DNA from: Squalus acanthias
Taxonomy: Eukaryota
Length of the DNA stretch: 64,000 nt
Reading direction: 5' to 3'
Assembly: GCA_030390025.1 (NCBI GenBank)
Contig: CM059432.1
Location: forward strand, 56,794,001 to 56,858,000
Part shown: piece by piece, positions 12,274-23,979 of the stretch
Numbering within the stretch: position 1 is the stretch's first letter
How the letters are laid out: every line of letters starts with the position of its first letter
The notes under the pieces: model-generated
Database searches by the model: none
Seen by the model: only the letters and a program-made list of their open reading frames with translations
What the model was told of the DNA's origin: nothing
Translations under genes and position numbers: made by a program

Positions 12274-14230
12274 ATGTCCAGCAGCACGCAAAAGTGTGCA
12301 CCACGCTCCGATGAGCCCTCCCTCCAAGCTCTGGTGGAGGGAGCAAGATCGAATAAGAAGATGCTCTTCCCTTCCTCAGGGAGGAAAAAGCCAGCCCAGC
12401 AGACTAAAGCTGTGTGGCTGCAAGTGGCCCAGGAGGTCAACTCCATATCGATGAGCCGCAGAACCTGGCTGCAATGCAGGAAGAGGTTTCATGACCTTAT
12501 CTGCACAGGAAAAGTGAGTATGACTTTCCCATCACCCTCAATCTGATCCCCATCGCCTCTCCTCACCAGCACTCTGCTTTGCTAACCTCTTCCTCCACAT
12601 CCCACTTGACACTTACATCCCTGCACCCTTACCCATTGCCTCTCTCTCTATGGTCACATTCACTTAACTATTCCACCATGTAGCCCTCACACTCCCTATC
12701 ACTGTGATGCAACAACAACAACATACAACACTCAGGGAGGGCCCTTTGTCTCCTAAGCATCTATGCTGTGTATTCTCTACACTCAATCCTTCATTCTCAC
12801 TCAAACTCCACTTGTGTCCCTCATTGCAGGAAAAGAGAGCCCACAATAAGAGGGAAAGAGCCATGACAGGAAGAGGGCCACCCTCAGTAGCCCAGCTCAC
12901 CGCCTGGGAGGAGGCGGCCCTGGAAATCGCCGGGATCGAGGAGGATTCCCAAGTGGGGGACGGACAGACGGGCGCATCACAGCAAGCTGGTGACAGAACA
13001 GTTTGGCATCTCTCTCATTGACATTGCATGAGTCACTGATAATGAATCTGATGCTCTAACAGATTGACTTATGATCATCTGCACTATTCAATGTGCATGT
13101 AACCTTGACCTCACATCTCTAACTCCTTTACTCCCCCACAGGACCATCGAAAGCCCCCGTCCCCACTGTCCAGGAGGAAGAGCCTGAGCTTGCAGACTCC
13201 TCAGAGGAAGCTGCAACCTCTGAGGGCGTAGCGTCAGCAGAATTCAGCGCACCCAGCACCAGCGCAGACACTCACACCTCGGTGGGACCTTCGCAAGATA
13301 GAGTAGTGTTGGCACCTGGTGTATCACAGCTCACAAGTGAGCATCAGCAGATGGTGGAGACAGGGACAGCAGTGGAGAGTCCTCGTCGGAGGGCGCAGGA
13401 CTCTGCCAGCTCGGCTCAGCTGCATGTCGACCCTGTGCTTCCGGGTCCATCCAGAAGGAGAGCGGTGCTGGAACTCCAGGAACAGGTGCAAGAGTCTCTG
13501 GTAGGTTTTGTCTCCAGGGTTGCTGTGAGTGTGGAGTGAATGGAGGAGTCCATCGCGAACATGAGCAGAGCCTTTGAGGAGGCATTGACGCGTGAACACA
13601 TTACCGCGGAAAGGATGGCAACCTCCATGGAAAGGATGGCTAACTCAGTGGTAAGGCTGGCTACCATAGAGGAGAGGATGGCTACGGCCATGGAGGAGCT
13701 TAGTCGCCAGGGTCTTGAAAACATGTTCATTGTTCAGAATAGAATGACATCTCTTGAGGAGCGATGGTCAGCTATTGAGCATACAAACCAGACCTTCATG
13801 GAAGTCCTCTGGAATAGGACTTCCAGTGCAGAAACGCGTCTTCATGGCCCCCCTGAAGTGCAGCAAGGTGCTGTCAAGCCACTTGCTAGCTCTGAAAGTG
13901 GGGCTGACCCATGAGAGGGATGTTGGTGGCAGACAACAAGGAAGTGGGGGCTCCTCTCCAAGCGCTCACATGACCATGCCACTGCATAGCCCTTGGTCAG
14001 AGCCCCACCAGAGTCCTCACCCAACTGAGATGGGCGTCTCAGCCCCTGCACAGCCGCAGGAGCAGCAGACTGTTGCCGAGCCCTCACAGGTTTGCAACCC
14101 CAGAGGACGCCCACCAAAGGCGTCGAGACAGGAGCAGCAAGAAAGTGAGCAAGAGGCCTCCACATCTGCTGTAGCCACAGGGGAAGCACCATGTAGGAGC
14201 ACGCTTAAGAGGAAGATAAAGCACAAGTAG
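12274..14230 (+). pseudogene. Harbinger Myb/SANT-like DNA-binding protein gene, 3 exons (12274-12513, 12830-12989, 13142-14230), one in-frame stop and one frameshift
   Basis: Exon 1 has the trihelix/Myb pattern (AVWLQVAQEVNS...RRTWLQCRKRFHDL). Both introns are GT-AG with consistent phases (0 and 1). Coiled coil MEESIANMSRAFEE..., AT-hook-like PRGRPPK, basic C-terminus KRKIKHK. TGA at 13537-13539; frame change near 13860-13915. Confidence 0.85.
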
Positions 14231-14488
14231 TCACAAGGGTAGTTACTTCGGTGCTGTGATGTATTGTATTTGGACCAGCCATCCTTGTCATGGTATCATA
14301 AACAGATTTGATGGCAAACTGTTGAAGTTGTGGTCTGTGTCATTTCGCAAATGGAACTTTCACATTGAGGGCTTCGGGCGACTTGCAATTGTCAGTATGG
14401 TGGTCAGAGTGATAGGAATCCGCAGGTTCTTGTCCATTGTCGATGCTGTGGTAAGAAGGTGCGAGACAAAAGTGTTTGATTGTGCAGG

Positions 14489-14702
14489 CTAAGCAAATCT
14501 GGCCAACATGAGTGCGTCCCTTGCATCCCGGGCAACAATGTGGTCGCCCTCTGGCGCCTTCTGGCCTGTGCAGCTTCAGGTGGGTGAGCAGCAGCTTGGC
14601 GCTCCTGTTGTTGCTCCTGCTGTTGGTGCTGCTGTTGTTCAGGGTTCTGCTGCTGCCGCGGCTGGTCTTCGTCCAGGAGGAAAGGAAATAAATGGTTCCC
14701 AT
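14489..14702 (-). pseudogene. Putative Harbinger transposase remnant: N-terminus fused to C-terminus, catalytic domain absent
   Basis: Located convergent to the Myb gene, where Harbinger transposases usually lie. Reads MGTIYF/FLLDEDQPRQQQ...ARRRQRA, then in another frame HIVARDARDALMLARFA*. No DDE domain in between. Confidence 0.55.
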
Positions 14703-15508
14703 GCTTCTGCTATATACCTCAGTTGAGGAAGCTCAGTCAAGGTGGGGAGAGGGGTTTCCAAGGAGGTCACACTGGAGATGGGTCTCAGGCTCCAAACTTC
14801 CACAACAATGAGTAGGCCTGCTAAAAGTTCCCCCAGACCTGAGAAAACAAAGTTCTGCCACCTGCAAATGATGATTGCTGAAAACTCCTTTTTAATGGTG
14901 GAGCTGCAGCTGTTACTAAGCAATCCACTTGTGAGGCCGCCAGGATTACCTGGCGTGTTCTAGAGGAGGCGTGTAGGATGGGGGAAATGTCTAAAAATCA
15001 GAAAGGCCTCTCAAAATTGGATTATAGAGGCAATTAACTGGTTGTTAAGGGTCTATCCCATCTCTTGGAGGCGGGATGGAAATGGGGTCTGAAACCCCGA
15101 TTCTGGGAAAATTGCTCGGAGGCGGGATCGGGCCCGCACTCCATTTTTAGCGATTTTAACACTTCACACGCCTCCAATTCCGCCTCCTCGGGCCTGGCAA
15201 AATCGAGCCCGAAGGGAGTTTGTTTATCTCTCTTGTCTATGACTACCCCCTGCAGTCACAACCATTTGTTCTGCCATTTCTACTATCTGACACCCAGCTC
15301 TTGAAATATCTCCATCACAAAGTAGCTTTCAAATACAACATTTCCTTTTGAAAGCACATCTGCTCCCAAATGTTTGCTGCCTTTTAGTAAAGTACATTAA
15401 GCACATTCCATGTCCACTTATCAGTGAAAGACAGTCTTATTTCTTTATTTTACTTCGAAAAAACTTTTTGGCCTGGCAAAGCATTTAAATAGATGCCAAA
15501 ATTAAGGG

Positions 15509-17215
15509 AAATAACAACAGAAAACGCTGGAAAAACTCAGCAGGCCAGGCAGCATCCGTGGAGAGAGAAACAGAGTTAACGTTTCAGGTCGAAGACCTTT
15601 CGTCAGAACTGGAAAAAAGCAGGAAATGAAATAGATTTAAAGCACGTATAAAGCTTTAAGTAAAAAGGGGGAGGGGATGAAAGAACAAAGGGGAAGGTCA
15701 GTGGTGGGATAGAAAGCAGGAGAGATTAAGAGACATTGAGAGACATTAAGAGATAATCAAGGCAAGAGGAGGTGTTAATGTGACAGGTTGAGGCTAGATG
15801 AAGTGTGAGAGGCGCTGGCAGAATGAAGGACAGCTGCCAGCTTCTGGGAGGGAAAAAAAAGGCCAAACAAAAGGGTGGATGAAAAAATTTTAAAAAATTA
15901 AAAATATAAATGTGATCGGGGCCGAGCATATGATCTGAAATTGTTGAACTCGATGTTGAGTCCAGAGGGCTGTAGGGTGCCTAAACGAAAGATGAGGTGC
16001 TGTTCCTCGAGCTTACGCTGAACTTCCGTGGAACAATGCAAGAGGCCGAGGACGGTGAGGTCAGAGTGGGAGTGGAGCGCAGAATTAAAGTGACAGGCCA
16101 CCGGGAGCTCAGGGTCCCCCTTACAGACTGAACGGAGGTGTTCCGCAAAGCGGTCACCCAATCTGCGTTTGGTCTCCCCAATGTAGAGGAGACCACATCG
16201 TGAGCAGCGAATACAGTATACTAAATTGCAGGAAGTACAAGTAAATCGCTGTTTCACCTGGAAGGGGTGTTTGGGGCCCTGGACAGTGGGAAGAGGGGAG
16301 GTATAAGGGCATGTGTTGCATCTCCTGCGCTTGCACAGGAAGGTGCTGGGCGAAGGGGAAGGGGTGGTAGAGGAGTGGACTAGGGTGTCGCGGAGGGAGC
16401 GGTCCCTGCGGAATGCTGAAAGAGGAGGTGAGGGGAAGATGCGTTTGGTGGTGGGATCACGCTGGAGGTGGCGGAAATGGCGGAGGATGATCTGTTGAAT
16501 GTGGAGGCTGGTGGGGTGAAAGGTGAGGACAAGGGGAACTCTATCGTGGTTCCGGGAGGGAGGGGCAGGGGTGAGGGCAGAAGTGCGGGAGATAGAATGG
16601 ACACGGTCGAGGGCCATGTCAACCACAGTAGAGGGGAATCCTCGGTTGAGGAAAAAGGAAGACATGTCGGAAGCACTGGTATGGAAGGTGGCATCGTCAG
16701 AGCAGATGCGGCGGAGACGGAGAAACTGGGAGATTGGAATAGAGTCCTTACAGGTGGGAGGAAGTGTAGTCCAGGTAGATGTGGGAGTCAGTGGGCTTGT
16801 AGTGAATGTTAGTCAATAACCTATCCCCAGAGATGGAGATGGAGAAGTCGAGGAAGGGAAGGGAAGAGTCGGAGATGGACCATGTGAAGGTGAGGGAAGG
16901 GTGAAAATTGGAAGCATAGTGAATGAAATGTTCTAGTTCAGGGCGAGAGCAGGAGACGGCACCGATACAGTCATCAGTGTACAGGAAAAAGAGGTGAGGG
17001 AGGGGACCCGAGTAGGACTGGAACAAAGAGTGTTCCACATATCCCACGAAAAGGCAGGCATAGCTAGGACCCATGTGGGTACCCATAGCAACACCTCTCT
17101 CTCTCTCCACGGATGTGTTTCTCTCTCCATGGATGCTGCCTGGCCGGCTGAGTTTTTCCAGCGTTTTCTGTTGTTATTTCGGATTTCCAACATCCGCAGT
17201 ATTTTGCTATCGTTA
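15509..17215 (-). mobile_element. Penelope-like element (Neptune-like), 5'-truncated, with inverted terminal arm and tail
   Basis: RT GVAMGTHMGPSYACLFVGYVE..YTDD, Cys-rich linker CKRRRCNTC, GIY-YIG NLVYCIRCSRCGLLYIGETKR..EH. 15509-15572 is inverted at 17116-17180, followed by a tail of about 35 nt. TSD AAAATTAAGGG at 15498-15508 and 17216-17226. Confidence 0.95.
15574..15610 (-). ncRNA. Minimal type I hammerhead ribozyme in PLE pseudo-LTR
   Basis: Minus strand AGUU-CUGACGA-A-AGGUC-UUC-GACCU-GAAAC-GUU-AACU: conserved core, stem II, stem I AGUU/AACU, loopless palindromic stem III (AACGUU). Confidence 0.8.
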
Positions 17216-18187
17216 AAAATTAAGGGTCTGTGTTTACTTACAGAATTAAGGATAAATCGCTGGGAATAACACAATCTGCTCTGTGACACTGCCAGTAAGT
17301 TCCTTTACCATATTATACAAAGATAAATGCGGTTTTGATTACCATTTCTTTTACTGTGTTGTCATTGCCAAGCCAGTTTTATCTACTGCCTATTGGTTAT
17401 ACTACATGTAACTTCGGTTTAGCTTTGATGTTGCATCAGCAGTTCATTTGGAATGAAATGATGCATCTCAAAGAATGGAGCTAACCACTTTTTGTATGGG
17501 CTTTATAGGCCTTTTGCTGGTGTGTTTCAGTTTTGTAACGTCACACAGCTGAATCCTGATAAAAGACAGAATCGGTTTGCCAACAAATGTTCTGCTTTGA
17601 TCAGGGTATTACAAACATGAAAAGCTTATTTGCAATTCTTTACACTGCAGCCCATTTAATCATTCATTCAGCAATTCAGTCTAAACCCCAACATAAAACA
17701 TGAAACAGACACATAACATTTTACACAGAAGTAAGTAGATGTCTGAAATGTGTTGCTACTTCTTGGTGAAATTTGGCAGTGAATTGATTATGTTTAGTGT
17801 GTTGACAATCAATTACCAGATAATTTTGTTTCAAAGTGTTCCTTATTTTTGTTTTTCACCTTTATAGATTTCTGGCTGATTTCATTAGCTTATTTACAGC
17901 CAGCTTTGCAGAGTCCTGAACCAAATTGCCTCAAAATGAAGAACTGGCCATTGCAGTGACGAGTGGCCTGAAAGGATTTAGCTACCTTAACATTATGCGG
18001 AAGGTCTTGTAAATCACTTAATAACAAGGCAATGCATCAAATTTTGCAGCACACTCTCTCTGGGTCACTACATTGATCTGATATTGATGTGGTGCTGGAC
18101 AGAACTGAAAACCGAAGCAGAAAGTGATAGGTTTGACTGTTTGGTACTGGATGATGTACGTCAATCAAATTGCCTTCCAGGTGAATG

Positions 18188-20090
18188 AACATAAGAAATA
18201 GGAGCAGGAGTAGGCCATTTGGCCCTTCTAGCCTGCTCCGCCATTCAATAAGATCATGGCTGATCTTCTACCTCATCTCCACTTTCCTGCACTATCCCCA
18301 TATCCCTTGATTCCCTTAATATTCAAAAATCTGTCGATCTCTGTCTTGAATATACTCAATGACTGAGCCTCCACAGCCCTCTGGGGTAGAGAATTCCAAA
18401 GGTTCACCACCCTCTGCGTAAAGAAATTTCTCCTCATCTCAGTCCTAAATGGCCGACCCCACATTCTGAGACTGTGACCCCTGGTTCTAGACTCCCCAGC
18501 TAGGGGAAACACCCTCCCTGCATCTACCCTGTCAAGCCCTGTAAGAATTTTGTATGTTTCAATGAGATCACCTCTCATTCTTCTAAACTCTAGAGAATAT
18601 AGGCCTAGTCTACTTAATCTCTCCTCATAGGACAATCCCCCCATCCCAGGAACCAGTCTGGTGAACCTTCGTTGCACTCCTTCTATGGCAAGTATATCCT
18701 TCCTTAGGTAAGGAGACCAAAACTGTACACAATACTCCAGGTGTGGTCTCACCGGGGCCCTATATAATTGCAGTAAGACGTCTTTACTCTTATACTCAAA
18801 TCCTCTTGTAATAAAGGCCAATATACCATTTGCTTTCCTAATTACTTGCTGTACCTGCATGTTAACTTTCTGTGATTCGTGTACAAGGACACCCAGGTCC
18901 TTCTGAACACCAACATTTCCCAATCTCACCATTTAAAAAATACTCTGCTTTTCTATTTTTCCTACCGAAGTGGATAACTTCCCATTTCTCCACATTATAT
19001 TCCATTTACCATGTTCTTGTCCACTCACTTAGCTTGTCTATATCCCCTTGAGGCCTCCTTGCATCCTCCTCACAACTTACATTTCCACCCAGCTTTGTAT
19101 CATCAGCAAACTTGGTCCCCTCATCCAAATCATTGATGTAGATTGTGAATAGCAGAGGCCCAAGCACTGATCCTTGCGGTACCCCACTAGTTAGAGCCTG
19201 CCAACCTGAAAATGACCCGTTTGTTCCTACTCTCTGTTTTCTGTCCGTTAACCAATCCTCAATCCATGCTAGTATATTACCCCCAATCCCATGATCCCTA
19301 ATTTTGTTTAATAACCTCTTGTGTGGCACCTTATCGAATGCCTTCTGAAAATCCAAATACACCACATCCACTGGTTCCCCCTTATCTATTCTGCTAGTTA
19401 CAACCTCAAAAAACTCTAACAGATTTGTCAAACACGATTTCACTTTCATAAATCCATGTTGACTCTGCCCAATCCTATTATTATTTTCTAAGTGCCCTGG
19501 GCAGCACGGTGGCGTAGTGGTTAGCACTGGTGCCTTACAGCGCCAGGGACCCGGGTTCGAATCTGACCTCGGGTGACTGTCTGTGTGGAGTTTGCACATT
19601 CTCCCCGTGTCTGCGTGGGTTTCCTCCGGGTGCTCCGGTTTCCTCCCACAGTCCAAAAATGTGCGGGTTAGGTTGATTTGGCTTTGATAAATTGACCCTT
19701 AATGTTAGGGGGGGATTAAATATGTGGGGTTATGGGGATAGGATGGGATATGTTAGGGGGAATTAAATACGTGGGGTTACGGGGGTAGGGTGGGATATGT
19801 GTACTGTGGGGATTAAAACAGGGACGGGGTGCTGGATTTGGATGATCAGCCATGATCGTATTGAATGGTGGAGCAGGCTCGACGGGCCGAATGGCCTACT
19901 CCTGCTCCTAGTTTCTATGTTTCTATGTTTCTATGATACCAAGTCCTTAATAATAGATTCTAGCATTTTCCCTGCTACTGATGTCAGGCTAGCTGGTCTG
20001 TAGTTCCCCGTTTTCTCTCTCCCTCCTTTCTTAAATAGTGGGGCTACATTTGCTACCTTCCAATCCGCGGGAACCGTTCTCGAATCTGAT
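18188..20090 (-). mobile_element. CR1 LINE RT region plus tail, interrupted by a HE1-like SINE
   Basis: ORFs 18273-18932, 19006-19498 (YLDFQKAFDKVPH, GVPQGSVLGP, KFADDTK) and 19935-20090 (VPADWKVANVAPLFKKG..NYRPASLTS). Confidence 0.95.
19499..19934 (+). mobile_element. HE1-like V-SINE (tRNA head, V domain, CR1-type tail)
   Basis: A box tggcgtagtgg, B box ggttcgaatc, V domain gtgtggagtttgcacattctccccgtgtctgcgtgggtttcctccgggtgctccggtttcctccca, tail (tttctatg)n. Confidence 0.9.
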
Positions 20091-20807
20091 GAAATCTGAT
20101 TATGCTGGGGTGTTCCCATGAATTTGTATTTTGCTGCTGTCTTTGTGGATAAAAATAAATAGAACTCACTTACACATCAGTGGAGGCTGATTGTATATTT
20201 ATATTTTAATCCATAAATAAACATTGCATTCAGTGACTACATTTTGTCTTGTGTGACTGGTGGGTTGTTTTGAGGCTGTTATAGATGATAGCCTGGAATT
20301 TGCAGTGGGTAATTACGACGAACTAACAGAGTTCGCCGTTATTAACCCTTTGAAACTGACTGCAACATCAGGATGTAGCGCATGCACATCTAAATGCGGA
20401 AATCCTGAAGTTGCTGTCAGTCATTCACTGCTCCAACACTGTGGACTTGCCCCTCCCCCCATAGCCAGCAATCAGTGAAACTGATGAAAACTTGGGCTTT
20501 TCCACAGTAATCTCGCTGTTAAATGTCCCATTAAAAGATAGACCTTGTTGGATTAAGTGTAATTGGGGTTTCTTGAATGATTGTAGAATTTTTGCCTATT
20601 CTATTCTACTTGGAAGTCCATTTCATGCATTAGTTACTCTGTGAAGAGGAATTTCTTGACATCAGTCTTAAATTTGCCTTTTACTAGTTTGTCCTAATCT
20701 CTGTTCAGTTTGAAGAAATTTCCTGGAAATATCTTTCATACCATTTATTATCTTATACTTCTATATGATCATTCCTCTGTCATTGTTCAAAGCTGAGAAG
20801 CTCAATG

Positions 20808-22140
20808 TCATCTCGCCTTTAGTTCTTTTACCAATTCCATTAAATTTGTGTCCTCTGGTTATGGATCCTTCTACCACTGATAACAGTTTCTCCTTATTTA
20901 CTCTATCAAAACCATTCATGATTTTGAACACCAACATTAAATCTCCCCTTAACCTTCTCTGCTCTAAGGAGAACAACCCCAGCCTCTCCAGTCTCTCCAT
21001 GTAACTGAAGTCCTTGATCCCTGGTACGATTCTTGTAAATCTCCTCTGCACCCTCTCTAAGACTCTGACATCCTTCCTATAGTGTGGTGCCCAGAATTGG
21101 ACACAATACTCCAGCTGGGGCTTAACCAGTGATTTATAAAGGTTTAGCATAACTTCCTTGCTTTTGTACTCAACACCTCTGTTTATAAAGCCAAGGATCC
21201 CATATGCTTTTTTAACAGCCTTCTCAATTTGTCCTGCCACCTTCAAAGATTTCTGTACTTACACCCTAGATCTCGCTGTTCCTTCATCCCTTTTAAAATT
21301 ATACCATTTAGTTTAGATTACCTCTCCTCATTCTTCCCACCAAAATGCATCACTTCACACTTCTCTGCATTAAATTTAATCTGCCATGTGTCTGGCCATT
21401 TCACCAGTCCATTTATGTCCTCCTGAAGTCTGTTACTGCCCTCTTCACTGTTTACTACATTTGGGTCTTGTGTTATCCGCAAACTTGAAATAATGCCCTG
21501 TATACCCTAGTCCAGGTCATTAATATGCATCAAAAAGAACAGTGGTCCTAATACCGATGCCTAAGGGCGACCACAATATATGTCCCTCCAGTATGAAAAA
21601 CAACCGTTCATCACAACTCTCTGCTTTCTGTCCCTTAGCCAATTTTGTATCCATGTAGCCACTGCCCCTTTAATCCCATGAGCTTCAATTTTGCTAACAA
21701 GTCTATTTTGTGGTACTTTATCAAATGCCTTTTGAAAGTCCATATACACAACATCAACCGCACTACCCTCATCCACCCTCTCTGTTACTTCGTCAAAGAA
21801 CTCAATCAAGTTAGTCAAACACAATTTGCCTTTAACAAATCTGTGCTGGCTTTCATTTATTAACATACATTTTTCCAAGTGCCAATTCATTTTGTCCCGG
21901 ATTAATGCCTCTAAAATTTTGCCCGTTACCGACGTTAGACTGATTGGTCTGCAATTGCCAGGTTTATCCCTCTCCCCTTTTTGAACAGGGGTGTAACATT
22001 TGCAATCCTCCAGTCCTCTGGCATCACTCCCATACGTAAGGAGGATTGGAAGATTGTGGCCAGAACCTCTGCAATTTCCAACCTTACTTCCCTCAGCAAC
22101 CTATAATGCATCCCATCTGGATCAGGTGACTTTTCTACTA
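20808..22140 (-). mobile_element. CR1 LINE RT fragment
   Basis: ORFs 20761-21246 and 21561-21890 (VDVVYMDFQKAFDKVP; LVKPQLEYCVQFWAPHY). Confidence 0.9.
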
Positions 22141-22477
22141 TTAGAATTTAATAATGTTACTAACAAAACTAGTAATATTAACATAGATGAACATATTGTT
22201 TTAGAAAGAATTAAGAACTTGAAAATAGATAGAGCAACCGGGCCAGATGATATCCACCTGAGGGTCCTCAGGGAGATGGGACGTGTGCTATGTGAGCCCC
22301 TAGCCTGTATTTTTCATAGTTCACTGCACTCTGAAATGGTTCCTGTAGACTGGAAGGAGGCTAATGTAGTCCCCATCTTTAAAAAAGGTGACAAGACAGA
22401 CCCGGGTAACTATAGGCCCATTAGTTTAACATCAGTAATGGGTAAGATGCTTGAGGGGATCATTAGGGATGAAATAA

Positions 22478-22785
22478 GGGCAACACGGTGGCATAGTGGT
22501 TAGCACTGTTGCCTCACAGCGCCAGGGACCCGGATTCGAATCTGGCCTTGGGTGACTGTCTGTGTAGAGTTTGCACATTCTCCCCGTGTCTGCGTGGGTT
22601 TCCTCCGGGTGCTCCGGTTTCCTCCCACAGTCCAAAGATGTGCGGGTTAGGTTGATTTGGCTATGATAAATTGACCCTTAGTGTTAGGGGGATGAAATAC
22701 GTGGGGTTACGGGGATAGGGTGGGATATGTGTCGGTGCAGGCTCGATGGGCCGAAATGGCCTCTATCTGCACTGTGGGGATTCTG
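22478..22785 (+). mobile_element. HE1-like V-SINE, full length
   Basis: Near-identical head and V domain to 19499. TSD TGAAATA at 22470-22476 and 22786-22792. Confidence 0.92.
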
Positions 22786-23755
22786 TGAAATATATGAATG
22801 CTTGGATGGAGAGGGACATATTCGGGACATCCAACATAGCTTCATAAAAAGGAGGTCATATCTTACAAATCTAATGTAGAAGTTACAAAATTGGTGGAAG
22901 AGGGAAGTCAAGTAGTCATTGTCAACTTAGACTTCCAAAAACCATTTGATAAGGTACCGCACAAGAGGCTTCTATAAGTTCGAAGCCTTTGGTATTCGTG
23001 GTAATATATTGAGCTGGATTGAGAACTGGCCGGCAGGATGTAGGCAAAAAGTAGTTACAGATGGATTTGGATCTGTTTGGAGACCAGTGGTGTCCCGCAG
23101 GGATCTGTGTTGGGATTGTTGCTCTTTACTATTTTTTATTAATGATCTGGATGTAGGTGCTGGGGGCACAATCTGCAAATTTGCAAATGATACCAAGATC
23201 TGTGTGAGTTTTCGGACTGTATACGACGCTCGTTTGCTTCGGGCAGATCTTAATGTGTTGGGAAATTGGGCTCATGACTGGCAAATGATGTATAACTTAG
23301 ATAAGTGCAGTGTTATGCATGTGGGCAGGGCAAGTGCTCAACATTCATACACCCTTCAGGGAAAATTATTAAAGAAGATGGAGAAAGAAGGAGATTTGGG
23401 CATTCTAGTGCATACATCTTTAAAGGTACATGAGCAATGCCACGAAGCGATAGCTAGAGCAAATAGGGTATTGGGTTGTATCCATAGGACAATTAAGTAT
23501 AAGACGAGGCATACTATTTTGTCCTTGTACAAGTCAGGCCGTACTTGGAATACTGTGTCCAGTTTTGGTCTCCTCACATGGTAGGTGATATTGAGGCTTT
23601 GGAAAGGGTGCAGAGGAGGGACACTAGACTAATTCCCAGTTTAAAGCATTTTAGTTATCAAGATAGGCTAAAAGAGTTGGGACTCTGCACTTTAGAGAAG
23701 CGTAGACTTAGAGGTAATCTGGTTGAGGTTTATAAGATAATGAAGGGAATAGATT

Positions 23756-23979
23756 GAAAGAAAAGAAAAACTTGCATTTATATAGCGCCTTTCATGACCA
23801 CCGGACGTCCCAAAGCGCTTTACAGCCAATGAAGTACTTTTTGAAGTGCAGTCACTCCCTCAGTACTGCACTGGAGCGTCAGCCTAGATTTTTGTGCTCA
23901 AGTCTCTGGAGTAGGACTTGAACCCACAACCTACTGACTCAGAGGCAAGGGTGCTACCAACTGAGCCACTGGCTGACAC
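23756..23979 (-). mobile_element. Deu-SINE family member with tRNA head and tail but internally deleted Deu domain
   Basis: Minus strand: tggctcagttgg (A box), ggttcaagtcc (B box), ctaggctgacgctccagtgcagtactgagggagtg joined directly to actgcacttcaaaaagtac...gcgctatataaatgcaag. Confidence 0.85.

Larger units (their letters stand above)
11993..15210. mobile_element. PIF/Harbinger transposon derivative, TIR-to-TIR (3.2 kb)
   Basis: TIR GGGCTAGATTTTGCCAG / CTGGCAAAATCGAGCCC (16/17 match). TSD GAA at 11990-11992 and 15211-15213. Contains a Myb/SANT gene (+) and a convergent putative transposase remnant (-). Confidence 0.9.

Noticed and set aside
12274..14230. Domesticated host MSANTD/NAIF1 gene
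   Set aside because: It lies between intact TIRs with a TSD and carries a stop and a frameshift, so it is transposon cargo.
16313..17289. Plus-strand ORFs over the PLEs and other antisense ORFs over LINEs
   Set aside because: Antisense shadows of transposon coding sequence.
19499..19575. tRNA gene (also 22478 and 23900-23979)
   Set aside because: A/B boxes run directly into SINE bodies; these are tRNA-derived heads.
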